IMG/VR virus record: IMGVR_UViG_2671180884_000016
Location: 1 to 11,914 of that record
DNA from: a virus
Lineage: Duplodnaviria > Heunggongvirae > Uroviricota > Caudoviricetes
Reading direction: 5' to 3' (one strand)
Length of the DNA: 11,914 nucleotides
Shown here: piece by piece, positions 6,431 to 11,914 of the stretch
Layout: every line of letters starts with the position of its first letter
Position numbering within the stretch: position 1 is the stretch's first letter
Notes under the pieces: generated by a model
The model's database searches: none
The model's input: the letters and a program-made list of their open reading frames with translations, nothing else
Told to the model about the DNA's origin: nothing
Translations under genes and position numbers: made by a program

Positions 6431-8538
6431 CAGGCCAGCGGGTCATTTTCTTTTAATTTCGCTTCCAGCAACTGCAATCCCCGCTGGAAATTACGCTCGT
6501 ATTCTTCATCAGGTTCATCGTCAGCGACCGGTTGCTGAACGGTCACCGTATTACCCACAGGGCGGTATATGTTTTCCAGCCAGGGCTCCTGCGGCTTGTG
6601 CTCCAGCACGTTGACAACCTCATCCTCGGCATCACGGATTTTTTCCTCTGCGCGTTTACGCATGCCTTTAAGGCGTTGCTGCTGTTTGTAGTATTCCGCG
6701 CTAACCGGGAAGGCTTCGCGTTTATTACCGTCCCATACCGCCTCGCAAATCACGCTGCCATCCAGGCGACGTACGGTAATTCGTTCGGCATCATGAATGT
6801 CATAGCTGATAAGCACCTTACGACCATGCTCGTCACGCAGCTCGGGCGCGTAGTAAATATTATTCAGCCAGCGTATTTCACAGCGTCTTACAGGGCGTTC
6901 CACCATCGGCCGGAACATATCCCGCAGCTCAACATCGGACAGCCATTCAATTTCCGTGTCCTCTTCCGCCAGGCGTTTTTTTCTGAACTCCGCCGGGCTG
7001 TAATGCTTGCCGTTCGGCTTCACCGGTAATTCATCGTGCGGCCGGTTGTTGTACCACTCAACACCGTCACGAATGGCATCAATCAGTTCAGACCAGGACG
7101 GTAAATCACGCATCGCTGACTGCTGCCGGGCGTTCAGCCGTTTGCCCTGTTGCAGGGCAGTAAATGCCGAGCGTAAATCGCGGTTGGTTTTGCGTAACGT
7201 CTCGCGATCTGCACCTTTCCCGAAATAGGTGCGGTATTTACGGGCTATGCGCATCGGTAATGTGCGGTTAAGCCGTTCGATAATGCCTCGTCCCTGCGGA
7301 TTACCGGCAATCCCGGTCGGGTGATTAATCCCCAGTCGCGGCAGTATCCCCACAACCTCCTTATCCAGGATGTCGGCGGTTTCCCCGGAGCCGTTATCCG
7401 AGTAATACAGAAACGGTTTGCCGTGATGGCGAATGCCGTGCTGTATGGCACCGGCTACGGCGAAAACATTTTCAGCCAGGTCAAGGCTCCAGCCCACCAC
7501 AAAGCGCGTGCCACCGTCGATAACAAAGGTCACTTCCGGTGCAAATGGCCGACCGTGAACCGGGTGTGCGCATTTCAGCTTCATGCCGTGACCGTCACCA
7601 ATCCAGACATAATTCACCGGCATTTTTGACCAGTCGCGGCGCGTGAATCCCTCAAGCTGGCGGTATTCACTGCCGGTCACCCGGCCTTTTTGTTTCACCA
7701 CTTCCGGCAGTTTCTTCATTGCGCGGCGAATGGTGTCATAAGACGGCATGATATCGAGCATATAAGGCTCATCAGCGTGCCGGTGCTGCCATTCAGCGAC
7801 AAAATCCTCGTAAGCCTCGGTCATTGGTCGGCCGTTTGACTGGCGATACTGCGCCAGAAATTCGGGCAGCCAGTTAATATCTTCGGCTTTTATTTCCTGG
7901 CGCTTACCCGGTGCCAGTAAAAGCAGGCGTTCAGCGGCGTTCTGCGCCTTGTTAAAGGCCGCAATCCAGCGTTTCAGCGTTATTTCACTCAACGCACGGC
8001 TGTTTCCCTTTTTGGCGTTCGCCGTCTCAACCATTGCCACAATGCGCTCGTCCAGTTGCGAACGTGCCAGGTTGTCAACGATAAACCGGATAGCTTTCGC
8101 GCAGCTGAAACCGGGTTGTTGCGCGACTTTCATCACTTCGCTGACGATCGCGATTCGTGCATCAGCCACCTGGCGCTGGTTTTCAGTCAGGGCATTGAGG
8201 CGTTCGACCATCAGTTGTGGTGATCCGCGATATGCCTCCACCGCATCAACCACGTCAGATGAGCGTCTGGCCTTTGTCACCACCGGAGCCGGTGATTCAT
8301 CGGCTTTTTGCGTCATCAGTTGCAGGGCATAGCGTTCGCGTACTGCCTGCTGAACAGTTAAAGGCAAAGCTCCTATTTCACACTCTAAAACTTTCCCTTT
8401 TACCCCTGGTTTTAGCCGCGTTTTCCACGCTTCCCTCTTTGCTTTTTTGTGCAGACCTGCCAAAGAACTAGGTAGGTCACTGAATGAAATCAATTCAGTC
8501 ATTGCAACCCACATATTTCCTCCGCGCACGTCGTTCAT
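6430..8538 (-). CDS. A: Mu A-like DDE transposase (N-terminal repressor-like DNA-binding domain, central rve-type catalytic core, C-terminal domain)
   Basis: 702 aa; size and position (after ner, before B) match MuA. N-terminal ...SDLPSSLAGLHKKAKREAWKTR... parallels the adjacent repressor. Start may be the internal ATG at 8514 (MWVAMTEL); either start overlaps the ner 3' end. Confidence 0.9.
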   Translation of the reverse strand: MNDVRGGNMWVAMTELISFSDLPSSLAGLHKKAKREAWKTRLKPGVKGKVLECEIGALPLTVQQAVRERYALQLMTQKADESPAPVVTKARRSSDVVDAVEAYRGSPQLMVERLNALTENQRQVADARIAIVSEVMKVAQQPGFSCAKAIRFIVDNLARSQLDERIVAMVETANAKKGNSRALSEITLKRWIAAFNKAQNAAERLLLLAPGKRQEIKAEDINWLPEFLAQYRQSNGRPMTEAYEDFVAEWQHRHADEPYMLDIMPSYDTIRRAMKKLPEVVKQKGRVTGSEYRQLEGFTRRDWSKMPVNYVWIGDGHGMKLKCAHPVHGRPFAPEVTFVIDGGTRFVVGWSLDLAENVFAVAGAIQHGIRHHGKPFLYYSDNGSGETADILDKEVVGILPRLGINHPTGIAGNPQGRGIIERLNRTLPMRIARKYRTYFGKGADRETLRKTNRDLRSAFTALQQGKRLNARQQSAMRDLPSWSELIDAIRDGVEWYNNRPHDELPVKPNGKHYSPAEFRKKRLAEEDTEIEWLSDVELRDMFRPMVERPVRRCEIRWLNNIYYAPELRDEHGRKVLISYDIHDAERITVRRLDGSVICEAVWDGNKREAFPVSAEYYKQQQRLKGMRKRAEEKIRDAEDEVVNVLEHKPQEPWLENIYRPVGNTVTVQQPVADDEPDEEYERNFQRGLQLLEAKLKENDPLA

Positions 8539-8740
8539 ATCTAGTAGGCCAAATAACCTGTGGCTCTACACCTATAGCCCTAGCAATTATCTTTTCACCT
8601 TTAGGGTAGGGAACTCGCAAAGCATTACCCAAAGTCCTAGGCTGCAAATTATTTTCCCTTGATAAACGTGACAAATTGGTATCGCGTTTTTCTAAGGCTG
8701 CCTTTATATCGGCGGAAGACCAATCTTCAATAAGACTCAC
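8495..8740 (-). CDS. ner: Ner-like DNA-binding transcriptional regulator (Mu Ner / Nlp family)
   Basis: 81 aa, (M)SLIEDWSSADIKAALEKRDTNLSRLSRENNLQPRTLGNALRVPYPKGEKIIARAIGVEPQVIWPTRY matches the conserved Ner/Nlp pattern (DWH.ADI...L...PKGE.IIA.A.G..P..IWPSRY). GTG start with SD AGGGGG 5 nt upstream. Confidence 0.8.
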   Translation of the reverse strand: MSLIEDWSSADIKAALEKRDTNLSRLSRENNLQPRTLGNALRVPYPKGEKIIARAIGVEPQVIWPTRYERRARRKYVGCND

Positions 8741-8824
8741 AATGGCCCCCTGTGTACTTTCTATGGCAAACTTTATTACTCATGTGTGCTACTCTATTGA
8801 GTTACTCACTAGTGTATGTTTGAT

Positions 8825-8853
8825 ATGTTAGATATTAACTTAGTAAATATCAA
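8825..8853 (-). promoter_or_regulatory. candidate early promoter for ner-A-B (minus strand: -35 TTGATA, 17-bp spacer, -10 TAACAT)
   Basis: Hexamers read by eye on the minus strand; about 85 nt upstream of the ner GTG. Confidence 0.25.
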
Positions 8854-8860
8854 CTGGTTA
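8848..8860. promoter_or_regulatory. IHF-like binding site within the operator region
   Basis: tatcaactggtta fits the IHF consensus WATCAANNNNTTR; Mu has an IHF site in its operator region. Confidence 0.35.
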
Positions 8861-8957
8861 ATTTCAAATTTTTAAATTTGCTCTGTATCTATTTGTTTTT
8901 TATTGAGTTATTTTTGAAATAAACCACATAAAAGATATGAACAAAAGTTAATATCAA

Positions 8958-9476
8958 ATGGAGTTTGATATGATCCTTGACCAAGAATGGATCCTTGCCA
9001 GTGACTTGTTGGGGGTTGGAGGTCTTCCTTCATCTCTGGCTGGGCTTCATAAACGAGCAAAAAATGAAGGATGGGAAAAACGTTCGGTAACTACACCTGG
9101 TATCAGAGGGAGAGCATTTGCCTACCGTTTAAGCGACTTACCTGCACATGTTGTTTCCATCATTACAGGTAGTGCAGAAATAAAACACCAGCCCCCTCAA
9201 AAGAACGGTGGCAATAGCGAGTTGCTCGAACTCATCGACACTTTGAGCCAAGAAGAGCAAGAATTAGTTATTTACACCTTGAGAAGGAAAGGGGTAGAAA
9301 AATTGCTGGAATTCTGCAATCAAGAGAATCAAGAGTTGATCGCTTTAACAGGTATTCGACGCCTGGCAGCATTGAGCCTTAATAATTTATCAGATCAAAA
9401 GGTTAGAGAGATTTTCGAGGGAGATGAAACCAAGGATCATCATTTCAATTTAACCCATAAAGAAGCCAAAGCGTAA
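8958..9476 (+). CDS. c: Mu c-type repressor (lysogeny maintenance); likely true start at ATG 8970
   Basis: 172 aa, divergent from ner. N-terminal ...GGLPSSLAGLHKRAKNEGWEKR... matches the transposase N-terminus, the known MuA/Mu-repressor relationship. GGAG SD 6 nt before the ATG at 8970. Confidence 0.75.
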   Translation: MEFDMILDQEWILASDLLGVGGLPSSLAGLHKRAKNEGWEKRSVTTPGIRGRAFAYRLSDLPAHVVSIITGSAEIKHQPPQKNGGNSELLELIDTLSQEEQELVIYTLRRKGVEKLLEFCNQENQELIALTGIRRLAALSLNNLSDQKVREIFEGDETKDHHFNLTHKEAKA

Positions 9477-9599
9477 CCCCATGAAGCCCAGGCCATGCAC
9501 TTAGCGAGCACTTTCAACTTGATTTGTGACCAGATCGATATTGATATAAACTTTTTAGCATAAAAGACATTTTAAGTACTTTTAAAAACGTCCATAAGC

Positions 9600-9775
9600 A
9601 GTATGTGCAGTATCAAATTTGTTGCCGATACCTTAATTTTATACCGGATTTTATTTAATCAGTATCAAAACTAAACAACCTCCAGAATCATCGATCACCT
9701 GTTTTATTTCAGTATCTTACAGGTGATTTCACCTCCTTTCACTAAAACCCTTGTCGGTATCAAATGATTTACCTG
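9600..9775. repeat. prophage left-end region with four GTATC(A/T)-containing repeats at about 50-bp spacing (candidate transposase end-binding sites, attL-like)
   Basis: cagtatcaaatttgttgccgatacc (about 9608), cagtatcaaaactaaacaacc (about 9660), cagtatcttacaggtgatttcacc (about 9710), cggtatcaaatgatttacc (about 9755); AT-rich, non-coding, between the c stop and the junction. Confidence 0.5.
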
Positions 9776-10022
9776 GTTACACTCTGCACTGCCGGGCGAT
9801 ATCCTGCTGTGCTGCTTCGGCGCATCGGTGGCTAATCATGCCGCCATTTACTGCGGCAACGGTGAACTGCTTCACCATCTGCCTGAACAACTGAGTAAAC
9901 GGGAGAGGTATTCCGAAAAATGGCAACGACGAACGCATTCTGTCTGGCGTCACCGCCACTGGCACGCATCTGCCTTCACGGGGATTTACAACGATTTGGC
10001 CGCCGCTTCAGCCTGTATGTGA
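9768..10022 (+). pseudogene. K: 5'-truncated remnant of lambdoid tail assembly protein K (C-terminal about 84 codons only)
   Basis: In-frame translation ...LHSALPGDILLCCFGASVANHAAIYCGNGELLHHLPEQLSKRERYSEKWQRRTHSVWRHRHWHASAFTGIYNDLAAAS matches the lambda K C-terminus as recalled. An in-frame stop at 9765-9767 lies immediately upstream, with no ATG and no N-terminal K coding sequence. Confidence 0.7.
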
Positions 10023-10600
10023 ACACGGCGGCGGAAGCCATCCGCGCCCTGTCGCTGCAGGTGCCGGGATTCCGCCGTCAGATGAACGAAGGCTGGTACC
10101 AGATACGCATTGCCGGTGAGGATACGGCACCGGAGGCGGTGTATGCCCGCCTTCACGAACCACTGGGTGAGGGAACGGTTATCCATATTGTGCCGCGACT
10201 GGCCGGAGCCGGAAAGGGCGGACTACAGATTGTGCTGGGGGCAGCTGCCATTGTGGGGTCTTTCTTCACGGCCGGAGCATCAATGGCGTTATGGGGTTCA
10301 GCCCTGGCAGCCGGTGGTTTTTCTGCCACCACGATGCTGTTTTCACTGGGTGCCAGCATGATACTGGGCGGTGTGGCCCAGATGCTGGCCCCGAAGGCAA
10401 AAACACCGGATTACCGCGCAACGGATAACGGCAGACAGAACACGTATTTTTCCTCACTGGACAACATGATTGCCCAGGGCAACCCGATGCCGGTGCCCTA
10501 CGGTGAAATGCTGGTTGGTTCACGACGTATCTCTCAGGACATCAGCACCCGTGATGAAGGCGGAGACGGAAAGGTGGTGGTTATTGGTCGACAGGGATAA
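9920..10600 (+). CDS. I: lambdoid tail assembly protein I
   Basis: 226 aa, MATTNAFCLASPPLARICLHGDLQRFGRR...GKQNTYFSSLDNM..., closely parallels lambda gpI; overlaps the K 3' end as in lambda-like tail modules. Confidence 0.9.
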   Translation: MATTNAFCLASPPLARICLHGDLQRFGRRFSLYVNTAAEAIRALSLQVPGFRRQMNEGWYQIRIAGEDTAPEAVYARLHEPLGEGTVIHIVPRLAGAGKGGLQIVLGAAAIVGSFFTAGASMALWGSALAAGGFSATTMLFSLGASMILGGVAQMLAPKAKTPDYRATDNGRQNTYFSSLDNMIAQGNPMPVPYGEMLVGSRRISQDISTRDEGGDGKVVVIGRQG

Positions 10601-10603
10601 AAC

Positions 10604-10639
10604 ATAAAAAAATCCCGCAGTGATCGCGGAGCTGCGGGG
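10604..10639 (-). terminator. rho-independent terminator-like hairpin, minus-strand orientation, just downstream of the I stop
   Basis: Stem tcccgcag / ctgcggga (8 bp) with 11-nt loop; on the minus strand the stem is followed by TTTTTTTAT (plus-strand A-run 10606-10612). Confidence 0.4.
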
Positions 10640-10812
10640 ACAGACAAATGAAGATTAATGTTAAGGAGTTGTTTTTGTTACTCGGGCAAAAAAACACTAA
10701 CGCAGCGAAATTATAAGCGCCACAGTCAGTGTGTGAAAATGTGAAGATATTCAGAATTTTTATGCCATTACCGGTTTTAACCAACAGGATTATCGGTGGG
10801 CATGAAAGAAAA

Positions 10813-10845
10813 CCCCGGTATCTGCTGATACCGGGGTTTCTGTTT
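10813..10845. terminator. bidirectional rho-independent terminator-like hairpin in the I-J spacer
   Basis: Perfect 10-bp stem ccccggtatc / gataccgggg with 4-nt loop, flanked by gaaagaaaa upstream and tttctgttt downstream (T-rich on both strands). Confidence 0.5.
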
Positions 10846-10942
10846 AGCATGGCAGAAATGTGTTTCATGCTTTTCGGGCGAAGGATATCCGACTTCTGTA
10901 CGGAATGGCAAGTGGCGGTTAATTTATTCAGGGGAAGGCTGT

Positions 10943-11914
10943 ATGGGAAAAGGTGGCGGTAAGGCACACACGCCTCGTGAGGCGAAGGATAATCTCAAAT
11001 CCACGCAGATGATGAGCGTGATTGATGCGATTGGTGAGGGACCCATTGAAGGTCCGGTGAAAGGCCTGCAGAGTATTCTGGTGAACAAAACCCCGCTGAC
11101 GGACACGGACGGTAATCCCGTGATACACGGTGTGACCGCGGTCTGGCGCGCCGGGGAGCAGGAGCAGACACCACCGGAAGGCTTTGAGTCCTCCGGAGCT
11201 GAAACTGTACTGGGTGTGGAAGTGACGAAGGCAAAACCGGTGACACGCACCATTACGTCAGCGAACATTGACCGCCTGCGGGTGACCTTCGGGGTGCAGT
11301 CACTGGTGGAGACCACGTCAAAGGGTGACCGTAATCCGTCCTCTGTCCGTCTGCTGATTCAGTTACAGCGTAACGGTAACTGGGTGACAGAAAAGGATGT
11401 CACCATTAACGGCAAGACCACCTCACAGTTCCTGGCCTCGGTGATTCTGGATAATCTGCCTCCCCGCCCCTTTAACATCCGGATGGTCAGGGAGACGGCG
11501 GACAGCACCACGGACCAGCTGCAGAACAGAACGCTGTGGTCGTCATACACCGAAATCATCGATGTGAAACAGTGCTACCCGAACACGGCCATTGTGGGGA
11601 TGCAGGTGGATGCGGAGCAGTTTGGTGGTCAGCAGATGACGGTGAACTACCATATCCGCGGTCGCATCATCCAGGTGCCGTCAAACTATGACCCGGAAAA
11701 ACGCACGTACAGTGGTATCTGGGACGGCAGTCTGAAACCGGCATACAGCAACAACCCGGCCTGGTGCCTGTGGGACATGCTGACTCACCCGCGCTACGGG
11801 ATGGGAAAACGCCTGGGGGCGGCGGATGTGGACAAGTGGGCGCTGTATGCCATCGGGCAGTACTGCGACCAGACGGTCCCGGATGGATTCGGGGGCACAG
11901 AGCCGCGGATGACC
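10943..11914 (+). CDS. J: lambdoid host specificity / central tail fibre protein J, N-terminal 324 aa; continues beyond window end
   Basis: Translation MGKGGGKAHTPREAKDNLKSTQMMSVIDAIGEGPIEGPVKGLQSILVNKTPL...PPRPFNIRM...LWSSYTEIIDVKQCYPNTAIVG...SNNPAWCLWDMLTHPRYGMGKRLGAADVDKWALY... is near-collinear with lambda gpJ; SD GGGGAAGG upstream; open to the window edge. Confidence 0.95.
   Translation, partial: MGKGGGKAHTPREAKDNLKSTQMMSVIDAIGEGPIEGPVKGLQSILVNKTPLTDTDGNPVIHGVTAVWRAGEQEQTPPEGFESSGAETVLGVEVTKAKPVTRTITSANIDRLRVTFGVQSLVETTSKGDRNPSSVRLLIQLQRNGNWVTEKDVTINGKTTSQFLASVILDNLPPRPFNIRMVRETADSTTDQLQNRTLWSSYTEIIDVKQCYPNTAIVGMQVDAEQFGGQQMTVNYHIRGRIIQVPSNYDPEKRTYSGIWDGSLKPAYSNNPAWCLWDMLTHPRYGMGKRLGAADVDKWALYAIGQYCDQTVPDGFGGTEPRMT

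Larger units (their letters stand above)
8741..8957. promoter_or_regulatory. divergent early/repressor control region between ner and c (operators and promoters; probable transposition enhancer by analogy to Mu)
   Basis: 217-bp AT-rich non-coding spacer between divergent ner and c. Repeated motifs: tattgagtta at 8794-8803 and 8900-8909, ttactca twice, agttaatatc in inverted orientation at 8830-8839 and 8944-8953. Confidence 0.6.
1..9775 (-). mobile_element. Mu-like transposable prophage, left/early arm (continues beyond window start); right boundary approximate (9760-9785)
   Basis: Co-linear Mu early-region order c / ner / A (DDE transposase) / B (AAA+ ATPase) / gam / gemA-like; about 295 bp between c stop and the junction with a truncated lambdoid K gene; periodic end repeats at 9600-9775. 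Confidence 0.8.

Noticed and set aside
9828-10022. 63-aa ORF with GTG start (ORF track) treated as an independent gene
   Set aside because: It is the C-terminal remnant of tail assembly gene K in the K frame. The GTG is an internal valine codon with no SD, so it is annotated as a truncated pseudogene.
9920-10022. About 100-nt overlap between the K 3' end and the I start as a possible frameshift or fusion
   Set aside because: As far as I recall, K and I overlap in lambda-like tail modules; the I N-terminus aligns with lambda gpI from its own ATG, so this is native architecture.
9986-10523. Minus-strand ORFs antisense to tail gene I (9986-10186, 10153-10359, 10266-10523) and to J (10924-11316, 10995-11246, 10928-11128)
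   Set aside because: They overlap strongly supported lambda-like I and J coding sequence on the opposite strand; compositions are Pro/Arg/Ser-rich, typical of antisense frames in GC-rich genes.
10581-10967. 128-aa minus-strand ORF spanning the I-J spacer
   Set aside because: It runs through both terminator-like hairpins and into the J start, has no RBS, and has low-complexity composition; the region is more plausibly non-coding.
1-11914. CRISPR arrays, tRNA or rRNA genes, or a site-specific integrase/att site
   Set aside because: No regularly spaced short direct repeats with unique spacers and no cloverleaf-like or rRNA-like segments were seen. The element has a DDE transposase and B ATPase, so integration is by transposition rather than tyrosine/serine recombinase at a tRNA.

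Overview
The window is a composite of two prophages. Positions 1 to about 9775 are the left (early) arm of a Mu-like transposable prophage, with almost all genes on the minus strand: repressor c (+ strand), a divergent AT-rich operator region, ner, transposase A (702 aa), the B ATPase (310 aa), five small early genes, a Gam homologue, eight further genes of unknown function, and the N-terminus of a GemA-like protein running off the left edge. Genes are tightly packed, often with overlapping stop and start codons. The prophage end carries GTATCAAA-type repeats spaced about 50 bp apart and abuts, near 9770, a 5'-truncated remnant of lambdoid tail assembly gene K, followed by intact tail gene I and the start of host-specificity gene J (runs off the right edge). 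The Mu-like phage therefore appears to have transposed into the tail module of a resident lambda-like prophage, probably in an Escherichia-like host. The most interesting material is that junction, the unannotatable gene block between gam and gemA (including a three-HTH protein), a tandem paralogue pair between B and gam, and a 340-bp hairpin-containing spacer between I and J. All protein assignments rest on reading the supplied translations and on recalled family features; no database search was run.
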